The notes beneath the pieces are model-generated. The model was not told the DNA's origin. It saw only the letters and a list, made by a program, of their open reading frames with translations, and searched no databases. The position numbers were made by a program, and so were the translations under genes. From an uncultured Verrucomicrobiae bacterium (lineage in GTDB: Bacteria > Verrucomicrobiota > Verrucomicrobiia > Limisphaerales > Palsa-1400), in contig CAVPOM010000017.1 in NCBI GenBank assembly GCA_963707025.1, positions 1 to 64,000 of the forward strand: a stretch of DNA of 64,000 nt. Reading direction: 5' to 3'. Positions 51,688 through 64,000 of the stretch are shown here, in pieces. Each line of letters starts with the position of its first letter. Position 1 is the first letter of the stretch.

Positions 51688-54659
51688 CAAAGGTTTTATG
51701 AATACAAATCTTGCAATCACCCAATGGCTGGCCTCCGTGCTGGGTTCCCACTTTTATTCCAAACCTGAACTTGCGGCTACAGACTGTCCGCCCATGAAAG
51801 GAGTTCCCATGAAAACGCATCCCCGAAACACCGTTCTATTCACGCTCGCGGCCGCCGCGCTGATGATGGGTTTGCCGGTCAGGGCGACGGCTCAAACGAC
51901 GAATTGGGTCATCACCGGCTCACTGCGTACCCCACGCCAGTCGCACACGGCAACGTTGCTGCCCAATGGCAAGGTGCTCATCGCGGGGGGAAATCCCTCC
52001 TCCGGCGGTGTAACAAACAGCGCTGAGCTATATGATCCGGCCAGTGGGACATGGACCCTGAGCGGCTCGCTGAACGCCGCGCGCTTTTGGCACACGGCAA
52101 CACTGCTGCGTAACGGCAAGGTGCTGGTCGCGGGGGGTGATGGCAACGGCTTCTCTCCGGCCAGCGCCGAGCTGTATGATCCGGCCAGCGGGACGTGGAC
52201 CTTGACAGGCGTGATGGCAAGCGCTCTCCACACGGCAACGTTGCTACCCGATGGAAAGGTGCTCGTCGCCGGGGGGCGGCCTGGCAGCAGCGATACGGCC
52301 TACGCCGAGCTGTATGATCCGGCCAGCGGGACGTGGACGAACACCGGCTCGCTGAACACCGCACGCGATTCGCACACGGCGACGTTGCTGCCCAATGGCC
52401 ATGTGCTGGTAGCAGGAGGCGAAGGTGGCGGCGGTTATCTGGCCAGCGCCGAGCTGTATGATCCGGCCAGCGGGACGTGGACCTTGACCGGCCCAATGAA
52501 CACCGCCCGCCTAGGTCACACGGCGACATTGCTGCCCAACGGCAAGGTGCTGGTCGCGGGTGGGTTTGTCAGCAGCCTTGTGACTAACAGCGCCGAGCTG
52601 TATGATCCGGCCAGCGGGACGTGGACCTTGACCGGTTCAATGAACACTGCCAGGGGAGAGTATTCGGCGACGTTGATACCCAATGGCAAGGTGCTGGTCG
52701 CGGGAGGCTCTGATGCCAACGGCTTCTATCTGGCCAGCACCGAGCTATATGATCCGGCCAGCGGAGCATGGACCCTGACCGGCTCGCTGAATTACCACCG
52801 CCTGGAACATACGGCGACATTGCTGCCCAATGGCAAGGTGCTGGTCGCGGGGGGCACTGCTTATAATCCCGCCGAACTGTATGATCCGACCAGTGGAGCA
52901 TGGACAACGACCAGCCCGATGAACACCGCAGTCCGTTCTCACTCAGCCAATTTGCTGCCCAACGGCGATGTTCTCGTCGCTGGGGGGTACGGCAACAGCG
53001 GAACGACTAACAGCGCCGAAGCATACTTATACTCTCAGACCAGCGGGACGTGGACGAACACCGGCTCAATGAATATCGCACGCTATGCTCACACTGCCAC
53101 TTTGCTGGCCGATGGCAAAGTGCTGGTCGCAGCGGGGCATGGTAACGGCGACAATACTATTCTGGCCAGCGCTGAACTCTACGATCCGACCGGCGGGACG
53201 TGGACCTTGACCGGCTCGCTAAATACTACAAGGGTGGAGCACACTGCGACATTGCTGCCCGATGGCGAAGCGCTCGTCGTGGGGGGGCTTGACATTAACA
53301 ACAATTATCTGGCCGGCGCCGAGCTTTTCAATCCGACCAACGGGACATGGACCCTGACCGGCTCGCTGAATACCGCACGCGAAGGTCACACGGCGACATT
53401 GCTGCCCAATGGCAAGGTGCTCGTCGCGGGGGGCGTTGGCATCTCTCTTTCGGCCAGCGCGGAACTCTACGATTCGGCCAGCGGGACGTGGACCTTGACC
53501 GGCTCGCTAAATACGACAAGGGTGGAGCACACGGCGACATTGCTGCCCGATGGCGAAGTGCTCGTCGTGGGGGGGCTTGACACTAACAACAGTTATCTGG
53601 CCAGCGCCGAACTTTTCAATCCGACCAGCGGGACATGGACGCTGACGGGCTCGTTGAACACCGCGCGCGCTTACCACACGGCGACGTTGCTGCGCAACGG
53701 CAAGGTGCTCGTCGCGGGAGGCCAATGCAGCAGCAGCACCGGTTTGACTAACGGCGCTGAACTGTATGATCCAGGTAGTGGAACATGGATTTTGACCAGC
53801 CCGCTGAACACTGCACGCGAATATCATACGGCGACGTTGCTGCCCAATGGCCATGTGCTGGTAGCAGGAGGCGAAGGTGGCAGCGGTTATCTGGCCAGCG
53901 CCGAGTTATTCTATGTCGTCCGCGGGTTTATCCCTTCCTGGCAGCCACAGATTGCCTCATTAACCCCGGCCCTCGCCTTCGGCGGCAGTCTGGTCGTCAC
54001 CGGTTCCCAATTCCGGGGGTTGTCCGAAGGTTCGGGCGGGAATACTCAGGATTCGCCGGCTGATTATCCGTTGGTGCAAGTGAGACTATTGGGCAACGAG
54101 CAGACCCTGTTCCTGCTTGCCACGAACTGGTCCACCAATTCGTTCATTTCCGCCCCGGTAAGTGGTTTGCCGTTGGGCTATGCGCTGGCGACCGTGATCG
54201 TCAATGGGATCCCCAGCCCGAGCGCCATTTTCAGCATCGGTGTTCCGGGGGTGTATCCACCCAGCATCACCAACTCAACTGCCAACAGCAGCGTTTCCGG
54301 TGGCGGGAATGTGGTTCTGACCGTTGGCGTTCTAGGCACGCCGCCGTTCACCTATCAGTGGTGTTGGAATGGCACGCCGATTACCTGGGCCACCAATGCC
54401 ACCATGACCATCACCAATGTGGGATCGGCCAATGCCGGGGCCTATACCGTCACCGTCAGCAATCCTACGGGCAGCGTCACCAGTCAACCGACCCTGGTGG
54501 CGAGCGTGGACATCAAGCTGTATGCCGGGGTAGTGGTGAACGGCCCGTTGGGGTCGAACTACCTCATCGAAGCCACGTCCAATTTGGCGGGCGGCAATTG
54601 GACGACACTGACGAATGTGGCGCTGCCCACGCAACCTTACATTTACATTGATTACAATT

Positions 54660-56109
54660 CACAGCCATCCCACAGGAAATTGGAAAAAAGTGTTGGCTTG
54701 ACCATTTGAACCTGCCACAAGGCAGGCATGAAAAACAAAAAAATCAAACCAACACGGTCCCGGTTTAACGTTTTGCGCCAGATTTGCAATCTCATTCCTG
54801 CGCATGAAGTCTCCAAAATAGCGCGGGAGACCGGGCTCTGGATAAGTCGCGCACCTTCAGTCCGTGGAGTCACACGGTCAGTTTGCTGGACGCGCAACTC
54901 ACCCATTGCATCGGACTCAACGATCTGTGCGACTCGCTGCAATTGCATTCCGGGCCGCTGTCCACTTTGCGCGGCGCCAGCGCCCCCAGCCGCAACGGCC
55001 TCTCCCACGCCAACCGGGAGCGTCCGGCCCAGATGGCCGAACAACTCTTCTGGCGGGTCCTGGAGCATTTGAAAGCACAGACGCCCGGCTTTGCCGCGGG
55101 CCAGCGCCGTGGCCCCGCCTTCCGTTTCAAGATGCCCATCCATGTGATTGATAGCACGACCATGGAACTGGTGGCCAACTGCCTGGACTGGGCCAAGCAC
55201 CGCCGGCGCAAGGCCGCCGCCAAAACCCATATGCGGTTGAATCTGCAGAATCTTTTGCCCGGTTTTGTCATTGTGGACACTGCCGCCGAGCACGACAACC
55301 GACGGGCGCGGGAACTGTGCGCCGACTTGAAGAGCGGCGAAATCGCCTTGTTCGACAAGGGTTATGTGGACTTCGGCCACTTGCGGGATTTGGACGGGCG
55401 CGGGGTCTTTTGGGTGACGCGGGCCAAGGAGAACATGGGCTATGAGGTGGTGCGGAAAATGCCCGCCTCCAGAGACCCGAAGATTTTGCGCGACGAAGTG
55501 ATCGTCCTGAGCAACGAGAACAAACCCGCGCCGGAGTTGATGCGCCGGGTGGTGGCGCTGGTCGAGATTGATGGAGAGGAACGGGAAATGACCTTCCTGA
55601 CCAACAACCTGGAGTGGAGTCCGCGCAGCGTGGCCGACCTTTACCGCTGCCGCTGGCAGATCGAAGTCTTCTTCAAACAAATCAAGCAGACCTTGCAGTT
55701 GGCGGATTTTCTGGGCCACAACGCCAACGCCGTGCGCTGGCAGGTGTGGACGGCGCTGTTGACCTACGTGCTGTTGCGCTACCTCAGTCACCTCTCCAAC
55801 TGGGCGCACAGCTTCACCCGGCTGTTCACGATTTTGCGGGCGGCGCTCTGGGAGAAATATGATCTGCTCAATTTGCTGGCGTGCTATGGGACAGCAGGCG
55901 GCAGCTTTCGCCACTTGGCGCGGCCCGAGCAGGCGTATTTCCCCGGCTTCCAATAAAGCTATGGGACAGCACACGCGCCCAAACAGGCGCATACCAAACC
56001 CAAAAGCCAAACTCGGAAAAATCAAAATCTCATTTTACCCCGAAGACCAATTAAACCCTTGCAAATGAACAGGTCAGCACCAGACTTTTCCCCTTATGAG
56101 ACGGGTGTG
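54660..56109 (+). mobile_element. IS4-family insertion sequence, second full copy, 1450 bp, 9-bp TSD attacaatt
   Basis: Near-identical to 50237-51687; TSD at 54651-54659 and 56110-56118. Confidence 0.95.
54728..55956 (+). CDS. IS4 transposase with a 1-bp deletion near 54833 (ccggg versus ccgggg)
   Basis: Direct comparison with the 50305-51534 copy. Confidence 0.85.
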
Positions 56110-56256
56110 ATTACAATTCACCGACAAACCGGCAGCAATTCTACCGTGCTGTGCCACAATAACCGGTTGATCTAAAAACGTGCAGGTGCAGATGCAGGTC
56201 TGACCCCTTTGATCTTTGTGTCAATAGTGAGGACTGAAACCGGCACACCGGCACTG

Positions 56257-58507
56257 TCAATTCCCAGAAACGACGCGGAAGAACTTGGCAGGGATCGCAT
56301 TTGAGATGGCTTCGGTATAGAGCGCGGGTTGGCCGCTGCTGGTAGAACTGTAAACGTCGGTCCACTCCAGGAGATTGGTGGAGGCTTGAATGCGATAGGA
56401 GACACCGTCCCACACATTGACAGAGAAGCTGAGCTGATTTGAGGTAATTCGTGGAGAACAAATCGAAGGCGGAATAATTCCGGACTGGAATATCATTCCC
56501 TCCGCGCCGCCAATAAGGAATGTCCCATTGCACGCGCAGATGCTGGAATAACAGCCTGGAAACTGAGACTGGTAGTATCCAAATAGACCCAGCGGCCTAG
56601 AGGCAGGATAACTTTCGTATCCGTCGTAGCCTTGTTGGGTGGAAGGCAACGCCGAGCCGGTGGCCTGCCAATGCACACCGTCACAGGACTCGAAGGTGGC
56701 GCCAGATTGGCCCGAGATGGCAAGGAAAACACCGCAGCAAAATGCGACGCCTGAGAATGCTTCACCGTTCGGATTGGTGTATTGAATTTGCCAGTTCAGA
56801 CCGTCGGATGAGGTTAGAATGACACCAGAGTAGGATGCGCCGACAAACAGGCCGTCGCCGTAGGCCATTTTGCAGATGGGCTCAGGCGAATTGCTTGGTG
56901 CGAGGGACCAGGTAACGCCGTCTGGCGAACTGGCCGCGATGTTTCCAGCGCAGGCATAAACGCCGTTGCCATAGTCCGTGGCGTAGAATGATCCAGCATT
57001 GGTCAATGAGACATTGGTCCAATTGAAGCCATCACCGGATGAATAGATGGCGCCGTTGTCGCCGACGGCAAAGAAGAGGCCGTTGGCATATTTGACTCCG
57101 TGCAGAGAATTGGTTGTGACTGAGTTGGTCTGCCAGTTGTAGCCGTTGGTGGTGGTGCAGATTCCGGCACTGCTGACGCCAACGAAAACCGCGCTGCTGC
57201 AGGCAAGATCGGAAATGCACGTCGGAGCGGGCGCATTGTCGCTGAAAAAAGTCGGCGCATAGCCTGATACCGCCCAATCGGATGCGTTTGTGGACACAAT
57301 GACGCTGAAATCGGGATAGCCCCACGAGTACCAAAAACTGCCCGACGTGGCGATGCAGAGGTTGGAATTGCAGGCCATGGCGACAACGAATCCACGGCGA
57401 TCCGGAAGGACTTCGGTCCAATTGGTCGCGTTGGTTGATACGACGATGGACCCGAAGTCACCAACGCCGACGTACTTCCCATTACCGTAGGCAACCGCGT
57501 TGAGTCCGTCTTCACAAATCGAAGAGGGTAATTCGGTCCACGTCATGCCGTCTGGTGCGGTGAGAACCACCGCGGGGTGATACTCAAGATCATAACCCGT
57601 GTACCCCACCGCAACGAATCCGCCCGCGCCGTGGGCCATGCCGGTGATGATGAAAGACTCGCTGAGGTACCAAAGCGTTTGGTAAGGCGGTGATTGGCCT
57701 ACGCCGTTGAGCCATTTCGTGCTTCCCCACCTATACCCGCCATGCGTTGAATAGAGAATTTCATCGGTCATAGGTGATGAAAATAGAGGCGCGTTCAAGT
57801 CGCCCCCGGCCACAAAAATGAGAACCCCCGTCACTGGCAACAGCGTAGAGATTGTTGGAAGTGCCCACATAAGCTGCGGGAATCTGGCTTATGCCTTGGT
57901 CGGTATTGAGAACAGTCCCCGAGGCGCCGACAACAGTGTAGAACGATTGCCAGGTAATCCCGAACAGGTCATTGGATGTTCCTGATGATATTTGGTACCA
58001 GTTTGTTCCGTAATCGCAGGCGATGGCGGTGCCCGTATCCCCGACGGCAAGAAACTGCATAAGTGGTGCGGCTGGCGGGCCAACAGCACCCCCGGAGATG
58101 GCTCGAAGCGCCGTCGTGGTGATAGCCGGCACTTGGGTCCAATCGTGGCCGTTCGTGGAGGTGATGATGACGCCGTTGTCACCGACGGCCCCATACTCGC
58201 CATTGGCGTAGGCAACGCCTCGAAGGCAGACGGAAGTTCCCGAAATCTGATTGGACCAATGAAAACCGTCGGTCGAAGTGATGATGGTGCCATTGTCGCC
58301 GACGGCGATGAATTGCCCGGCGCCGTAGGTAACGCCTTCAAGAATGTTTCCCTGGGGATGGGGGAATCGCCAAGCCCAATTGTTCAGCGGATCGGCCAGG
58401 CCCTCCATGGCAATCAGAAGAAAACAAATTCTCGACACCCGCCCTAGAAACGTCACAAGGGTAACCAGAAGGCGCAGGCCACAACTATTCCGCCGGTGTT
58501 CATTCAT
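56257..58507 (-). CDS. Secreted YCF48/BNR-like beta-propeller repeat protein with an FFR C-terminal domain; frameshift near 57800-57870
   Basis: Repeated (Y)GNG.FVAVGD.G.I..S.DG..W; ORFs 57761-58507 and 56257-57870. Confidence 0.78.
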
Positions 58508-58741
58508 TCAACTTCCTCCCTGCGTCAAAGGGGTCACGCATATCTTTGCCCAATTTGGATTTGAAGCACGGCTGTCATTCAGCAGCTCTGGAAGAAAGCT
58601 AAAGTGACCCCTCCTAAGCCGTCGAATAATCGTTTTCGATTGCTCTTTCACCTTGACGAACTGTGGTCAGATGATCGTGCCTCTAGTTGCCCACAACTGG
58701 CCTGTTTGCGGGACCAGCCCTCCATCTATCCCCAGCCAATC

Positions 58742-60597
<1,856 letters not shown>

Positions 60598-60873
60598 AAT
60601 ATTCTGACACCTTTTCAGGATTTGGGTTCATTAAAAGACGGCAATTTTTGCCGTTTGCAAATCCCGCAAAAAAAGGCGCGATTTCGCAAATTCGGAACGC
60701 CCCATGAGCCGCATGGCGCCCAAACCAGTCTAACCGCCGCCGCGGCATTAGAATACATAGTGTTACGATTATGTCAAAGACAGAAATGCAATAAATTGGC
60801 GATTTGGCGGCCGATTTGGGCTGTTTTTTATGTAAGTACTTGGAGTCGAAACACTTGCTAATACAAAAAGAAT

Positions 60874-63800
60874 TTAACATTTACAACGATTTTTCATCAC
60901 CTTGGCGGGCTTATTTGGGGCAGAACACAACGGCTTGTGGTCATCCCGGAGCAATACACCACCCAGAGCCTTTCCGGTGTGGCTTTGCGGCGACGCCGCC
61001 ACCTGTTCCGGCGTGCCTTGGACCACTATTCGACCGCCTTCCTCGCCCCCTTCCGGTCCCAGATCAACGACCCAATCCGCCGATTTAATCACATCCAAAT
61101 TGTGCTCGATCACCAGTGCCGAATGGCCCGCCCCGACCAGCCGTTGAAAAACCTTGAGCAGCACCCGCACATCATCAAAATGCAATCCCGTCGTCGGCTC
61201 ATCAAATATGAACAGCGCCGGTTTCTCGGCGCCTTTCTCCATCCTCCCTTTTTCATCCTCCGCACCCGCTTCATTGGCGCCGCATCGCGCCAAGTGGCTG
61301 ACCAGTTTCAACCGCTGGCTCTCCCCGCCGGACAAAGTGTTGATAGGCTGGCCCAGCCGCACATAACCCAGCCCGACTTCCTGCAAAAGTCGCAGACTGG
61401 CCGCCGCGCGCGCTGCGTGGCGGGATGGGCCAAAGTCGTTCAACCATTGGATGGCTTCATCCACCGTCGCTTCCAATAAATCGGCGATGTTCCAACGGCG
61501 GTGGCCGGCCGACTCCGCCGTGACTTGGAGAATGTGCGCACGGTAGCGCCGCCCGTTGCAATCCGGGCAACGGACAAACACATCGCTCAGAAACTGCATT
61601 TCGATTTTTTCAAAACCGGCGCCCCGGCAGCGTTCGCACTGGCCCTGCGCGGAATTGAAACTGAAGGCGCTGGCGCTCAAGCCGCGCTGCAGGGCGCCGG
61701 CCGTCCGGGCAAACAACTCGCGAATTTCGTCAAACGCCCCGATATAAACCGCCGGATTGGAGCGCGGCGTCCGGCCCAGCAAAGATTGGTCCACCGCGAC
61801 GACGCGCCCCAGGTGCTGCCATCCTTCCAGCAAAGGGCCGGCTGCTCTGGCCGCACCGGCCTCAGGCGTTTCGCCGGCTTGGTCTTCCGCGGCGCCCGCG
61901 CCGGCCGGTTCCCCGGCCAGCCGTTCCTGCAAGGCTGGCAGCAGCACCTCGCGCACCAGGGTGCTCTTGCCCGAGCCGCTCACCCCGGTCACACAAACCA
62001 GCCGGCCCAGGGGAATTTCCACGGTCACGTCCCGCAAATTATGCAAATTCGCCCCGCGCAAAATCAGTCCGGGCATGGCTGAGGTTCCGCCTGCGCCCCG
62101 CAAAGAAACCGGCCGCCGCGCGGGGATTTCAATCTGCTTTTTCCCCGCCAGGTATTGCCCCGTCAACGACTGCGGCGCGCGCAGAATTTCCGGGTAAGTC
62201 CCTTGAAAAACCACCCGGCCGCCCGAGGCGCCGTGGCCGGGGCCCAGGTCAATGATGTGATCCGCCGCCCGCAAGACACCCGCCTCGTGTTCCACCAGCG
62301 CGACCGTGTTGCCGGCGTCGCGCAACTGCCGCACGATGCGCACCAGCCGGGCGGTGTCGCGCGGATGCAAGCCCACGCTCGGTTCGTCCAGCACAAACAA
62401 AGTGTTGACGAGCCGCGAACCCAGGCAACTGGTCAGGCTGACCCGCTCGGTTTCGCCGCCGGAGAGCGAACGGGTCGAGCGATCCAGGCCCAGGTAACCC
62501 AGCCCCGCGTCCAGCAAAAAGGCCAGCCGGGAACGGACTTCGTGGAGCGCCAGTTGGCGCGAATCGGACGCCTTGGCCCCGGCAGGCCCGCGATCAGCCC
62601 ATCCACAAAGCGCAGGGCCTCCCGCACTGGCAGCCGGTAAAAATCCGCCAGCGTCAGGCCGCCTCCGCCTTCCGGCGCGTGCATCCGGTACAGCAGCGTC
62701 TCCGGTTGAAACCGGGTGCCGTGGCAAGCGGGGCAGGGATTATACTTGCGATAGCGGGCCAGCAGCACGCGGACGTGCATTTTATAGGCCTTGGATTCCA
62801 GCCAGCGAAAATACCCTTTGACGCCATACCAGGCGCGCGGCCACTCATGGGCCTTGTCCTGGCCATAGCCCGGGTCGCCCTCCACCACCCAGTCCTGCCA
62901 TTTTTTGGGCAAATCCCCGAAAGCCACTTCCACCGGCACTTGGCGCAGCTTGGCGAACTTCAACAAATCCGCCTGGCATTCCAGCCCGGTCTTGGTCTGC
63001 CACGGTTTAACCGCCCCGCCCGCCAAAGTTTTGGAGCGGTCTGGAATGGCGGCGTTGTAATCTATGGCGATGACCCGGCCAAAACCTTTGCAGGCCGGGC
63101 ACGCCCCCGTCGGATGATTGAAACTGAACAAAGCCGGCGACGGCTCGCGATACTCCAGGTCGCACGCCGCGCAGTGCCGGCGGTTGGAAAAATGTTTCAC
63201 CTCCGCAATCCCTCCCTTCTCCGCCAGCAGGTGAACGGCCAGTTTGCCTTTGCCAAAATGATACGCCTGCTCGCACCCCTCGACAAACCGCGCCCGGTTG
63301 GACTCTTTCAATTTCACCCGGTCCTGAATCACCGTCAAGCGGGCGGGCGGCGAACCTTGCAGGCGCGCCAGCGCCTGGTCCAGCGCCACCACTGCCCCGT
63401 CCAGCAGCAGCCGCTGATAGCCCTGGCGCCCGACCAGCGCCAGCGATTCTTCCAGCGAGAATTTCCCGCTCAATTCCAGCGTGAACGTCACCAGCGTTTC
63501 CGCCTCCGCCGCCTGCGCGCGCAGGACCGGCCAGATTTTCTGGGGCGGTTCCTGCTCCACCGGCCGGCCGCAACCGCGGCAATGCAAGCGCGCCAGTTGC
63601 GCCCAGAAAACCTTCGTGTAATCGGCGATCTCCGTCATCGTCCCGACGGTCGAGCGGGTGGACTTGACGCTGTTGCGCTGCTCGATGGCGATGGCCGGCG
63701 GAATCCCCTCGATGCGGCGCGCCTGCGGCTTGTCCATCCGGTCCAAAAACTGCCGCGCGTAGGGCGAAAAAGTTTCGATATAACGCCGCTGCCCCTCCGC

Positions 63801-63953
63801 AAAAAGCGTTTCAAAGGCCAGCGAACTTTTTCCCGACCCGCTCAACCCCGAGATGACCACCAATTTCCGCAAGGGCACGTCCAGGTCAATATTCTTCAAA
63901 TTATTTTGCCGCACCCCCCGGAGGCGGATGCAGTCCGGCGCTTTTTTCCTCAT
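60874..63953 (-). CDS. uvrA: Excinuclease ABC subunit A, frameshifted near 62575-62580
   Basis: GLSGSGKSSLAF, AEGQRRY, LSGGE, LDEPSVGLHPRD, GVSGSGKST, GRTPRSNP. Confidence 0.92.
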
Positions 63954-64000
63954 GCAGCCCAAAACGTAATCCGCCTCCCCGCCCTGTCAAACCGCAACCA

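Larger units (their letters stand above)
51809..56162 (+). pseudogene. Secreted protein with 14 Kelch repeats, an Ig domain and an FYR C-terminal domain; interrupted near its C-terminus by the IS at 54660
   Basis: AAAGGAG RBS, signal peptide, HTATLLPNGKVLVAGG repeats; removing the IS and one TSD restores ...YIDYNSPTNRQQFYRAVPQ* (TAA at 56160-56162). Confidence 0.88.

Noticed and set aside
51900..53910. CRISPR array or DGR template/variable repeats
   Set aside because: Repeats are in-frame coding Kelch units without a repeat-spacer layout; no cas or reverse transcriptase genes; differences are not obviously adenine-specific.
50237..56109. Composite transposon carrying the Kelch gene
   Set aside because: Each IS has its own 9-bp TSD (caaaggttt; attacaatt) and the gene's tail continues beyond the second IS, so these are independent insertions.

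Overview
High-GC bacterial DNA. Gene content and protein styles point to Verrucomicrobiota, probably Pedosphaera/Limisphaerales-like (inference). Positions 1-9289 are the end of a decayed integrative element at tRNA-Thr(CGT). It carries a tyrosine integrase, two excisionase-like HTH genes (one missed by the ORF track), an XRE regulator, a half DNA methyltransferase, a broken DUF5131 gene, an AAA_25 helicase, a signal-peptide mini-RHS gene and an IS4 remnant. Next come nadA, an uncharacterised lipoprotein / small helical protein / patatin operon, a PAS-kinase/LuxR/HDOD signalling cluster, a PadR-DoxX-multicopper oxidase-RND-MFP-TolC operon, a frameshifted membrane pyrophosphatase, GH127, an M61 peptidase and an ECF sigma/anti-sigma pair. 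An accessory region at about 43-58.6 kb holds secreted beta-propeller proteins, type III R-M remnants around a Fic gene, a MITE and two full IS4 copies, each with its own 9-bp target duplication. rpoD and uvrA close the window. Single-base frameshifts occur even in rpoD and uvrA, so many are probably assembly indels. Best candidates for undescribed biology: (1) a shared C-terminal ...F[YF]R domain on three different secreted proteins, possibly a sorting signal; (2) the lipoprotein-helical protein-patatin operon; (3) the signal-peptide mini-RHS gene coupled to a transglutaminase-like gene.
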